Positions 34,135 through 43,900 of a stretch of 51,296 nt of DNA are shown one piece after another. Both the position numbers and the translations under genes were made by a program. The notes under the pieces are model-generated. The model was given only the letters and a program-made list of their open reading frames with translations, was not told the DNA's origin and ran no database searches. Each line of letters opens with the position of its first letter. Positions within the stretch are counted from its first letter, which is position 1. Source of the DNA: a virus (Duplodnaviria; Caudoviricetes); IMG/VR virus record IMGVR_UViG_3300044675_001281, positions 1 through 51,296 of that record, one strand, 5' to 3'.

Positions 34135-34608
34135 AAAGGTAAAAAGTAGGGTAAACAAAAGGTATAGGTTTGGGTAAGTTTTTAGGTTGTCAGCAACCCC
34201 TTGAATTGGCAGGGGATAATCCAGATTTAGGGTAGTTAGGGTAATACTAGACCTACAACCTTCGGAATATAAATGTAAACAGTAATAGTATATCAGATTA
34301 GTATTCTAACTTTTAATGAGGCGTATGAATATAAAAGGGCAAAAAAAAACTACCCTAAATTACCCGAACTGCCCTATCGCCCCCGCCGCGATGAAAACTA
34401 CAAACTTCCCCAGGGAATTCCCTGTTTGCAATTGGTCGGAGCGATTTGTTTTTCGATTACCCGAACTACCCTACTTTAGTTTATGTAAACTTAGTTGACA
34501 TTGGTTTACATTTGGTTTAGTTGACAATTGGGAGGGGGCCTGGGCCTTGCGTGGTCTGGGAATATCTACGCAGGGACTGCACAAACTTTTTTATTTTTTA
34601 TTTTTGTG

Positions 34609-34617
34609 TGCTATAAA
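34609..34617 (+). promoter_or_regulatory. Extended -10 element (TG-C-TATAAA) upstream of terS; probable leaderless transcript
   Basis: TATAAA at 34612-34617, 7 nt before ATG 34625. No SD sequence and a T-rich upstream tract. Confidence 0.45.
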
Positions 34618-34624
34618 ACTTTTT

Positions 34625-35170
34625 ATGGCTTTCTATGCAGATGGTGGCTTTAGTTCCATCCCCCATGAGCCGCGCGAAATACGGGCAACCGAAGCACGGC
34701 TAGAAAAGATTTACGAAGCCGCTAAACGCGGACTCAAAGGCGACGCATTGGCGTTAGCTTCTGGGATGTTGCCGACTGAGTATCGGCGATTGATACAGCT
34801 CGACCCGATTGCGGAATATGCAGAGATCAAAGGCCGCGCTGAAGGCGAGATGGAGATGGCCGGCGTCTTACGCACAGCCGCGTTAAACGGCGACACTAAA
34901 GCGGCGCTTGATATACTAAAGCATGTGCATAAGTGGACTGCGCCGCAGTCGATGCAGATCCAAGTCGAGCAACGCATATCTATATTAGCGGCGCTTGAAG
35001 AAGCGCAGACCAGAGTTATCGAAGGGCAGGTATTGGATGCAAGTGCCGATTTACTCAGCGGAAGAAGAACAGAAGCTGATGGCAACGCTCTGGAGTCCAA
35101 CGCTCAAGAACGACCCGCTCGCGTTCGTGCGCCTGACCTTTCCGTGGAAGAAACCTGGGACACCGCTTGA
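34625..35170 (+). CDS. terS: Terminase small subunit (putative)
   Basis: Directly upstream of and overlapping TerL. HTH-like N-terminal half, A..GD.KAA..IL and ISI..ALEEA..RVI motifs. Confidence 0.7.
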   Translation: MAFYADGGFSSIPHEPREIRATEARLEKIYEAAKRGLKGDALALASGMLPTEYRRLIQLDPIAEYAEIKGRAEGEMEMAGVLRTAALNGDTKAALDILKHVHKWTAPQSMQIQVEQRISILAALEEAQTRVIEGQVLDASADLLSGRRTEADGNALESNAQERPARVRAPDLSVEETWDTA

Positions 35171-36563
35171 ACACTTTGATGGCCCACGCCAATGGCAACG
35201 CGAGGTTCTGATCGAGCTGCGCGAGCACATCAAAGCGAACAACGGTAAGATAGACTTTGAGACACTGCGCCTTGCAGTATCATCTGGGCGCGGTATTGGT
35301 AAGTCCGCGCTAGTCAGTTGGCTGACAATTTGGATGCTGACGACAAGAATAGGTTCTACCACGATAGTTTCAGCTAACTCAGAGGCGCAGCTCCGCAGCG
35401 TCACATGGGCTGAGATCACCAAGTGGCTGAGTATGTCGATACACAGTCACTGGTTCGAGGTCAGCGCGACGCGAGTGCTTCCGGCTAAATGGATAGCGGA
35501 ATTAGTAGAAAAAGATCTGAAACTCGGAACGCGCTATTGGAGCGTAGAAGGGCGGTTGTGGAGTGCAGAGAATCCAGACTCTTACGCTGGCGTGCATAAC
35601 TTCGCGGGTGTCATGCTGGTATTCGATGAGGCGAGCGGAATTGATGATAGTATCTGGTCAGTTGCAGCGGGCTTTTTTACGGAAAATACCCCTAATCGCT
35701 TTTGGTTGTGCTTCAGCAACCCCCGTCGTAACTCTGGTTACTTTTATGAGTGTTTTAACTCCAAGCGAGACTTTTGGCGAAATAAAATTGTCGATGCCCG
35801 CTCCGTCGAAGGCACGGATAAGGCCGTCTACCAACAGATCATTGACGAGTATGGCCCCGACTCAAGCGCAGCCCACGTCGAGGTCTACGGTCAGTTCCCC
35901 AACGCGAGCGACGACCAGTTCATCGGAAACGCGCTGGTTGACGAGGCAATGGAACGTCCCGCTATATCCGACCAGTCCGCGCCCATCGTGGTCGGAGTGG
36001 ATCCAGCACGCTTTGGTGCCGACGCCACCGTCATCGCCATAAGGCAGGGCCGCGACATACTGAGCATACGACGGCACCGCGGCGACGACACGATGGAGGT
36101 CGTCGGGCGGGTTATCGACGTGATCGAAGAGTATAAGCCCGCTCTCGTTGTGATCGACGAGGGCGGACTCGGCGCAGGTGTCGTGGATCGGCTGAAGGAA
36201 CAGCGCTACAAGGTGCGCGGTGTGAACTTCGGCAATAAGTCCACGAAACCTATGATGTATGGTAACAAGCGCGCAGAGATGTGGGGCGCGATGAAAGAGT
36301 GGCTGAAAGACGCGAGCATACCAAAGGACAGGTATCTAAAGTCAGACCTGATCGGGCCTATGATGAAGCCTGACAGTAAAGGAACTATTTTTCTCGAAAG
36401 CAAAAAGGACATGAAGTCGAGAGGGCTGGCCTCACCTGACGCAGCGGACGCTATTGCAGTAACCTTCGCATTTCCTGTCGCCAGACGCGAGCAACGAGTA
36501 GACAACCAGCGCCGCGTCACGTATGCTGGCGGCGGTAATTCCTCTGGTTGGATGGCGCATTAA
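35037..36563 (+). CDS. terL: Terminase large subunit
   Basis: Walker A SGRGIGKS, Walker B LVFDEAS, FSNP, and nuclease GVDPARFG.D and SPDAADA. Start taken at MQVP (35037). Confidence 0.92.
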   Translation: MQVPIYSAEEEQKLMATLWSPTLKNDPLAFVRLTFPWKKPGTPLEHFDGPRQWQREVLIELREHIKANNGKIDFETLRLAVSSGRGIGKSALVSWLTIWMLTTRIGSTTIVSANSEAQLRSVTWAEITKWLSMSIHSHWFEVSATRVLPAKWIAELVEKDLKLGTRYWSVEGRLWSAENPDSYAGVHNFAGVMLVFDEASGIDDSIWSVAAGFFTENTPNRFWLCFSNPRRNSGYFYECFNSKRDFWRNKIVDARSVEGTDKAVYQQIIDEYGPDSSAAHVEVYGQFPNASDDQFIGNALVDEAMERPAISDQSAPIVVGVDPARFGADATVIAIRQGRDILSIRRHRGDDTMEVVGRVIDVIEEYKPALVVIDEGGLGAGVVDRLKEQRYKVRGVNFGNKSTKPMMYGNKRAEMWGAMKEWLKDASIPKDRYLKSDLIGPMMKPDSKGTIFLESKKDMKSRGLASPDAADAIAVTFAFPVARREQRVDNQRRVTYAGGGNSSGWMAH

Positions 36564-36827
36564 ATGGCTAAAAAGTCTGTTTCACTATCTGTTGGTAGAG
36601 GTGAAAAACTATCCACGAAAGCTGGCGCTGGTTTGACCGCTAAAGGAAGAGAGCGTTACAATAAAGCTACAGGCAGTAATCTCAAGCCGCCAGCCCCGAA
36701 TCCTAAAACTAAAGCGGATGAAGGACGTAAAAAATCCTTTTGCTCAAGAATGGCAGGCGTAGTCGCTAAGTCAAAAAATGCTGAACGCGCTAAAGCCTCA
36801 ATGCGGAGATGGAACTGTGGCAAGTAA
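36564..36827 (+). CDS. Small basic protein (DUF6321-like)
   Basis: GLTAKGR..YN..TGSNLKPP...RKKSFCSRM. K/R-rich. Confidence 0.7.
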   Translation: MAKKSVSLSVGRGEKLSTKAGAGLTAKGRERYNKATGSNLKPPAPNPKTKADEGRKKSFCSRMAGVVAKSKNAERAKASMRRWNCGK

Positions 36828-36972
36828 ACCAGGTCTTTACAGTAATATTCATGCTAAACGCGCGCGTATAGCCGCCGGATCGGGCGAAAAAATGCGGAAG
36901 GTTGGGGCTAAAGGTGCGCCGACAGCTAAAGCGTTTGTTAGATCCGCGAAGACAGCTAAAGGAAAACGCTGA
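36817..36972 (+). CDS. Small basic protein
   Basis: GTG at 36817 after GGAG: MASKPGLYSNIHAKRARIAAGSGEKMRKVGAKGAPTAKAFVRSAKTAKGKR. Confidence 0.65.
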   Translation: MASKPGLYSNIHAKRARIAAGSGEKMRKVGAKGAPTAKAFVRSAKTAKGKR

Positions 36973-37133
36973 TGCCGTTAGTTAAGTCATCATCCAAAAA
37001 CGCCATGCGTAAGAACATCAAGGCTGAAATGAAGGCTGGCAAGCCACAGAAGCAAGCCGTTGCAATTGCGTATTCAGTTAAACGTGCGGCTGCTAAAAAA
37101 GGTGGCATGAGCAAGAAAAGCGGTAAATGCTAA
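36972..37133 (+). CDS. Small basic protein with KQAVAIA motif (53 aa, not in ORF track)
   Basis: TGATG-coupled: MPLVKSSSKNAMRKNIKAEMKAGKPQKQAVAIAYSVKRAAAKKGGMSKKSGKC. Confidence 0.65.
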   Translation: MPLVKSSSKNAMRKNIKAEMKAGKPQKQAVAIAYSVKRAAAKKGGMSKKSGKC

Positions 37134-37696
37134 TCTACGATGTTGGCATACCATGCCGCAAAGGGCATACAACAGGCCGATATACGGTCAGTCGTAAATG
37201 CGTCCAATGCGCTAAGGATGCTGCTTTGGCATGGAATAGAGCCAACCCTGAAAAAGCGCGCAAACATTGCGCTAATTATCGCGCGAATCACCCCGAACGC
37301 ACGTCAGAACAATACAGAAACTGGCGCGTAAATAACCCAGACAAAGTAAAAGCCAAAAACGCTAATTGGCAGGCTAAAAACTGGGATAAATATTTAAATA
37401 TATCTTCTAGCTGGAAAAAACGTAACCCAGCGCACAGAAATGCTAAAGTAGCTGAACGACGCGCGGCTCAAGAGCAACGCACTCCTAAATGGCTGACAGA
37501 CCAAGATTTTACTGATATAAAGAAATTCTACGACTTGGCCCATGAACTTTCACAGGCGTATGGCTTTCCATGGCACGTAGATCATATTATACCGCTTAGA
37601 GGTAAAACCGTTTCAGGACTACACGTAGTCGATAATCTCCAAATTATACCGGGGTCTGAGAACTCGCGGAAAGGCAATAGATTCTATGGCTGCTAG
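37127..37696 (+). CDS. HNH endonuclease upstream of portal
   Basis: N-terminal C.KGH....RY.....CVQC, W/Y..NP repeats, and C-terminal HVDHIIPL.G..VSGLHV..NLQII....N..K.N. Confidence 0.85.
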   Translation: MLIYDVGIPCRKGHTTGRYTVSRKCVQCAKDAALAWNRANPEKARKHCANYRANHPERTSEQYRNWRVNNPDKVKAKNANWQAKNWDKYLNISSSWKKRNPAHRNAKVAERRAAQEQRTPKWLTDQDFTDIKKFYDLAHELSQAYGFPWHVDHIIPLRGKTVSGLHVVDNLQIIPGSENSRKGNRFYGC

Positions 37697-39830
37697 TGAT
37701 GTAGAGGGCGCTGGAAAAGTATCGGATGCGTCTGAAGGCGACCGTTTGGCTACTATGCGTCATCGTTTTACTGTTGCCTCTGCCGCCTACGCTGACAGTA
37801 GGGAAGACGAATTAGACGACTTGCGATTTATGGCTGGCTCGCCAGATAACCAATATCAATGGCCTGCCGACGTGTTGGCGACCAGAGGCGCGGTGCAGGG
37901 TCAGACGATCAACGCGCGTCCCTGCCTGACGATTAACAAGCTGCCACAGCATGTCAGGTTAGTAACCAATGAACAGCGACAAAACAGACCATCCGGCAAG
38001 GTCATCCCAGCGGACGATAAAGCCGACGTTGCGGTCGCAGAAGTCTTTCAAGGTATCGTTAGACACATCGAATACCTTTCCGACGCGGACGTTGCATATG
38101 ATACCGCGTGCGACAATCAAGTTACCTACGGAGAAGGTTATATCCGAATCCTTACGGAATATTGCCGCGAAGATTCGTTTGACCAAGACCTGAAGATCGG
38201 TCGCGTCCGTAACAGCTTCAGCGTCTATATGGATCCAATGATCCATGATCCATGCGGATCAGACGCGGAATGGTGCTTTATTACCGAAGACATTCCCAAA
38301 GAAGAGTATGAGCGCCTCTATCCTGACGCGCTGCCGATCTCTGTGATGATGTCGCAAGGCGTTGGCGATCAGTCACTTAGCATGTGGATGAGCCAGGAAA
38401 CCGTCCGTATTGCTGAGTATTTTTATATTGAGCATCAAAAGAAAAAACTCAATCTCTACCCCGATAATATTACCGCCTTTGAGGGTTCGCCACAAGACAA
38501 GCAGCTTAAGGCTATGTTTGGCAAGCCTTTGAAATCACGCACAAGCGAGCACCGTCAGGTCAAGTGGCTGAAGACTAACGGCTTTGAAGTGTTAGAAGAA
38601 CGCGATTGGGCGGGTAAATGGATCCCTGTCATCCGCGTGGTGGGTAATGAGTTTGAGGTAGACGGACAGCTTTATATCAGCGGTCTAGTGCGTAACGCGA
38701 AAGACGCGCAGCGCATGTATAATTATTGGGTCAGCCAGGAAGCAGAGATGCTGGCGCTGGCTCCGAAAGCGCCATTTATCGGATATGGAGGTCAGTTTGA
38801 AGGATACGAAACAAACTGGAAAACCGCCAATACGAACAACTGGCCTTACCTCGAAGTCAACCCAGACGTCACCGACGGCAATGGATCTCCTCTGCCATTA
38901 CCTGAACGCGCGCAGCCGCCTATGGCGCAAACCGGCCTTATCCAAGCAAAAGTGGGCGCTGGGGAAGATATCAAAGCCACCACGGGTCAATACGACAGTT
39001 CAATTGGTGCGACCAGTAACGAGAGGACGGGTCGTGCGATTCTGGCTCGGCAAAACCAGGGCGATACATCCACATATCACTACGTGGACAATCTCGCGCG
39101 AGCGGTTCGATATACGACAAGACAGCTAGTCGATCTGATCCCTAAGATCTATGACACGGAACGCGTTGCACGCATCGTCGGGCTAGATGGTGAAGTGGAT
39201 ATGGTGAAAATCAATCCAAATCAGCCGGAACCCGTGCGCGTCATCAAGGATCCAATCACAGGTCTGGACATTGAGAAGATCTACAATCCGTCAATTGGTG
39301 TCTACGATGTGGTTGTAACGACAGGCCCAAGCTACGCAACCAAGCGCCAAGAGGCGATGGAAGCGATGCAGATGATCTTGCAGACCAACCCGCAGCTCTG
39401 GGGCGTGGCAGGCGATCTGTTCATCAAGAACATGGATTGGCCTGGGGCGCAGGAAATGGCGGCGCGCTTTGCCAAGACGCTCGATCCGAAGGTTCTGGAT
39501 AACACAGATGAGTCGCCAGAAGCGCAGATGATGCGTGCTCAGATGAACGACATGGCGAACCAGATGCAGCAAACGGCGGCTCTGGTTCAGCAACTGCAAC
39601 AGTCGTATGATATGCAGAAACTGGCGATTGACGAGCAGAACACGCAGATCAAGGCGTATGATGCTGAAACTAAAAGAATACAAGCTACTGCCGCAAACAT
39701 GACCCCCGAGCAAATTCAAGAAATAGTAATGGGCACTATTGCCGCTGCTATGGATACTGGGGATATTGTTCCTTTAGGAATGACGCCGCAACGTAGTGTA
39801 GACGAAGCACAACAAGAGCTTGGGCTATGA
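37686..39830 (+). CDS. Portal protein, P22 gp1-like, allele B (complete)
   Basis: 714 aa with DDLRF..G..QWP, RPCLTINKL and the same core motifs as allele A. The last about 20 aa differ from allele A. Confidence 0.93.
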   Translation: MAASDVEGAGKVSDASEGDRLATMRHRFTVASAAYADSREDELDDLRFMAGSPDNQYQWPADVLATRGAVQGQTINARPCLTINKLPQHVRLVTNEQRQNRPSGKVIPADDKADVAVAEVFQGIVRHIEYLSDADVAYDTACDNQVTYGEGYIRILTEYCREDSFDQDLKIGRVRNSFSVYMDPMIHDPCGSDAEWCFITEDIPKEEYERLYPDALPISVMMSQGVGDQSLSMWMSQETVRIAEYFYIEHQKKKLNLYPDNITAFEGSPQDKQLKAMFGKPLKSRTSEHRQVKWLKTNGFEVLEERDWAGKWIPVIRVVGNEFEVDGQLYISGLVRNAKDAQRMYNYWVSQEAEMLALAPKAPFIGYGGQFEGYETNWKTANTNNWPYLEVNPDVTDGNGSPLPLPERAQPPMAQTGLIQAKVGAGEDIKATTGQYDSSIGATSNERTGRAILARQNQGDTSTYHYVDNLARAVRYTTRQLVDLIPKIYDTERVARIVGLDGEVDMVKINPNQPEPVRVIKDPITGLDIEKIYNPSIGVYDVVVTTGPSYATKRQEAMEAMQMILQTNPQLWGVAGDLFIKNMDWPGAQEMAARFAKTLDPKVLDNTDESPEAQMMRAQMNDMANQMQQTAALVQQLQQSYDMQKLAIDEQNTQIKAYDAETKRIQATAANMTPEQIQEIVMGTIAAAMDTGDIVPLGMTPQRSVDEAQQELGL

Positions 39831-40306
39831 TAGACCAGAAAACAGCGCTAGAACTATTTGAATACCGCGAAGGTAAATTATATTGGCGGGTTTGCATAAA
39901 TAGCCGCGCGCCCATAGGATCTGAGGCAGGCGCGTATAATCCACATAATAAACGGCGTTCTGTGCGTATTAAAGGTAAAAAATACTATACGCACAGACTT
40001 ATATTTTTAATTCATCACGGATACATGCCGCTTGAAGTAGACCACATAGACGCGGATAGACATAATAATCAAATTGAAAACTTACGTGCTGCTACATCGG
40101 CGCAAAATCAACGTAATAAACCATTACAACGTAATAATACCTCAGGGCATAAAAATGTCCGTTGGGCTAACGGTAAATGGGCGGTAGAATTAAAAATAAA
40201 CGGAAAAGCAAAATATTTTGGCCGTTTTGAAGATTTAGAACTGGCGGCTCTTATGGCCTCTGAAGTTAGAGACAAATATCACGGAGAATTTGCACGTCAT
40301 GGCTAA
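39827..40306 (+). mobile_element. Free-standing HNH-AP2 homing endonuclease (allele B only)
   Basis: Y.THRLIF...VDHID...NNQIENLR.AT..QN.RN......NTSG.KNV followed by AP2-like YFGRFED.ELAA......YHGEFA. Absent at the equivalent junction in allele A (1774-1777). Confidence 0.88.
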
Positions 40307-40670
40307 CTCAGATATGGCCGATTTTATTGGACGACTGTTCCTCGCGCGAGACGTTGTTCATTCAGTCCATTTGAATACAAGGAGTTACGCCAAACACAAG
40401 GCTTTAGGCGGCTTTTACGGTAAAATAATTGATCTTGCTGATGACGTTGCGGAGAGTTTTCAAGGCAGACATGGACTGATCGGCCCGATAACGCTCCATT
40501 CGGCCAAGAAAACCAACAATGTTATTGAGTTTCTTGAAGATTCGCTAAAAGACGTTGAAGATATGCGGTATAAGGTCTGTGACAAGGACGATACGGCGAT
40601 TCAGAACATTATCGACGGTATCGTAGACTTATACCTATCAACACTGTATAAATTGAAATTCCTAGCGTGA
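40299..40670 (+). CDS. Ferritin/Dps-like protein (DUF5856-like), allele B
   Basis: Homolog of 1774-2136, with the same H/D/E pattern and identical C-terminus LSTLYKLKFLA. Confidence 0.7.
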   Translation: MANSDMADFIGRLFLARDVVHSVHLNTRSYAKHKALGGFYGKIIDLADDVAESFQGRHGLIGPITLHSAKKTNNVIEFLEDSLKDVEDMRYKVCDKDDTAIQNIIDGIVDLYLSTLYKLKFLA

Positions 40671-40677
40671 GGAAATC

Positions 40678-40947
40678 ATGGCATATGCTCTAAATCTTAC
40701 GGCCACTTCGCAAGTTAAAATAGGGCTTGCCAAGGTTAAAGGCGTTTTCGTCTCTAGCGGCACAACACCGACCATTGCAATCTATGACTCGGCTACGGCT
40801 TCGACCTCAGATCCTGTTGTTGTATCCACTTTTACGAGCGCAGTTCCAAACAATTATCTGTTTGCGCCTGAAGGTGTCACTTTAAGCAAGGGTCTTTATG
40901 TTGTCTTAGGCGGCACAAATCCGAATGTGACGATCTTCTACGAGTAA
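40678..40947 (+). CDS. Small putative structural protein (allele B only)
   Basis: 89 aa with GAGG RBS, I.IYD and G...KGLYV motifs. Confidence 0.6.
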   Translation: MAYALNLTATSQVKIGLAKVKGVFVSSGTTPTIAIYDSATASTSDPVVVSTFTSAVPNNYLFAPEGVTLSKGLYVVLGGTNPNVTIFYE

Positions 40948-40952
40948 TCTAA

Positions 40953-43900
40953 ATGGCCTTTATTTATAATCTTACTGACTCTTGGACAGATGCAGCGACT
41001 ACGTGGAACGGCATTAAATTAGCCGTTACCAACACGGCGTCTAGTGCGTCGTCTAATTTGCTGAATCTGACCGTTACAGGGGCCACAACGGCCTCTTTTG
41101 TTGTCGATAAGAGCGGTAATTTAGCTCTAAACGGCACTGTCAATAAGATTACGTTTACAGCTCCAGCGACCGGCGCAACGCTGACGCTGGCTGATAACTC
41201 TACTTTTGTAACGTCTGGCGCTTATTCGAGCACTTTCACCTTCACTGGCGCGACCACACTGACGTTCCCAACGAGCGGCACGGTCACGGCGCTCGGTAAT
41301 TCGACAACAGGCTCTGGCGCTATCGTATTGGCGTCCTCCCCGACGCTTGTAACGCCTAATCTTGGCACACCGTCGTCGGCTACGCTGACAAATGCTACTG
41401 GTTTGCCGATCTCCACGGGCGTAAGTGGTCTTGGCACAGGCGTCTCGACGGCTCTGGCTGTCAATGTCGGCTCTGCGGGGGCGCTTGTTACATTTGATGG
41501 CGCGCTTGGCACACCAGCGTCAGGAAACCTATCAAACTGCACGGGTTATCCGGCAGGTAGCATCACAGGACTTGGCGCAGGTGTAGCCACATGGCTCGCA
41601 ACGCCATCTAGCGCCAATTTAGCGGCTGCGGTTACAGATGAAACAGGTTCTGGAAGCCTTGTATTCGCTACCAGCCCAACACTTGTCACTCCTGCACTTG
41701 GGACGCCCTCTTCGGCGACACTGACAAATGCGACGGGGCTACCTATTAGCACAGGCGTTAGCGGCCTTGGGACAGGTGTTGCGACGTTCTTGGCGACGCC
41801 ATCGAGCGCGAATCTCGCGTCGGCTGTCACTGATGAGACGGGATCTGGGGCTTTAGTATTTGGCACAAGCCCGACGATTGGTTCGCCAACGATTACTGGC
41901 ACGGCGACATTTAATGGCTCTACGTCGGGGACTGTTGCTTTTAAAGCGCCTGCTATCGCTGGAACAACGACATTTACGCTGCCTGCGGGCAATGGCACGT
42001 CAGGCTATGTGCTTGTCACTGACGGCCTTGGCAACACGTCTTGGGCCGTATCGGGCGGCGCGGCAGGTAACGCCGCTGGGCTTAACAAGAACGTTCAGTT
42101 TAACGACGGCGGCAATATGGCGGGTAATGCCGCCTTTAATTTTGATAAAGCCACCGCTAATTTAGCGCTTGGCATCGCTTCAACAACAACCGGCAGTCTG
42201 TCATTTTATAATTCTGCTAGTGCTAATGCGACAACGATTCAAGGTGGCAACGCCTCGTCTGCGGTGACATATACGCTGCCAACAGCGGCTCCTGCGTCTA
42301 ACGGCTATATTCTGTCGTCTACGACAGGTGGCACGCTGTCTTGGGCTAACCCAACGGCGCTCGGCGTCGATCTGGATGTCGGCACAACGGCTATTACAGG
42401 CGGCACGTCGGGCCGTATTCTTTATGATAACGCAGGCGTATTAGGTGAGCTTGCTACAACAGGCACAGGTAATGTTGTTTTAGCGACATCTCCAACGCTT
42501 GTTACTCCGGCGCTTGGAACCCCTACGTCAGGTGATTTTTCTACAGGCACATTTACTTGGCCCACGTTTAATCAAAATACGTCAGGAACTGCTGCTGGAT
42601 TATCATCTACATTAGCTGTTGCATCTGGCGGCACAGGGCTGACAAGCGGAACATCTGGTGGCGTTCTTTACTATAGCGCGACCGGCACTCTCGCATCTTC
42701 GGCGGCTCTTACAGCGAGTGCTCTTGTTATCGGCGGCGGCGCAGGCGTAGCGCCTTCAACCACAACAACTGGCACAGGCATCCTGACATTTTTAGGAACG
42801 CCGTCATCAGCCAATCTTGCTGCGGCTGTTACGGATGAGACAGGCACAGGCTCGCTTGTCTTCTCTAATAGCCCGACATTTAACGACGATATCACGCTCG
42901 GCGTCGCTTCTACTGCTACAGGCGCGGCCAAGTTTGTGGGCTCGACTTCTGGTCTTGTAACGCTGTCTGTTGCTGATGCGGCTGGCACATGGACAATGAA
43001 GCTGCCGACGACCGCCGGAACAAATGGAAATGTTCTTGTTACAGATGGTTCTGGCAATACGTCTTGGTCAGGAGCTGGTACTGGCGATGTTGTTGGCCCT
43101 GCGTCAGCTACTAATAACGCAATCGTTCGATTTGATACTACGACAGGCAAGCTAGTTCAAGATTCTGCCGTTACTATCGCGGACACGACTGGCGATATTT
43201 CTACGCCAGGCACGCTCGTTATGGGCAGCAGCTTCAAGAGAAACCGACTGATAAATGGCAATATGTATATAGCTCAAAGAGCTACATCAGCGACGGTTAC
43301 GGCAGGAACGGCTGTTCCGACAGCTTCTACTGGTTATCCTTGCGTAGACAGATGGTTTGTCTATAGCACTGGCGCGAACGTCACAGCGGCTCAAGTCGCT
43401 GGGTCTGGTAGCAACAGAAGCGTATTAAGAATAACTGGCGCTGCATCTGTCACGGCAGTTGGTATCGGACAGCGCATCGAACAGCTTAACAGCTTTGACA
43501 TGGCTGGTCAGACAGCAACGCTTTCTGTTGAGCTTGCTAATTCTCTTTTAACAACTGTTACATGGACAGCCAGTTACGCCACGACCGACGATACGTTCGG
43601 CACTATTGGAACGCCAACCAAGACTCAGATTGCTACTGGCACATTCACCGTAAACAGCACCTTGACGCGCTATACAACCAATATCTCTATTCCTGCGGCA
43701 GCTACAACCGGCATTGAAATCCTGTTCACCGTCGGCGCTCAGACAAGCGGCACTTGGGATGTTGACAACGTGCAGCTTGAGGTCGGCTCAGTCGCCACTC
43801 CGTATGAGCGGCAGATCTACTCCGACCAGTTGGTGCAATGTCAAAGATATTATCAGATAACAGCTCAACTTTCTGGCGCAACTCCTTCAGCAACAACTGT

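Larger units (their letters stand above)
33939..34477. repeat. Array of TACCC-core about 9-bp repeats in direct and inverted orientation (iteron-like)
   Basis: AACTACCCTAAAT at 33939 and 34348, inverted at 34225-34237. ATTACCCGAACT(A/G)CCCTA at 34359 and 34456. TACCCTACTTT at 34467, inverted at 34143. Confidence 0.75.

Noticed and set aside
34140-34480. Telomeric (TTAGGG/TTTAGGG) repeats or a CRISPR array
   Set aside because: Only scattered 9-bp-period units in both orientations. There is no tandem telomere tract, no regular spacers and no protelomerase. Treated as iteron-like instead.
34316-34498. 60-aa ORF in the repeat region
   Set aside because: It is a translation of the DNA repeats in AT-rich intergenic sequence, with no convincing RBS.
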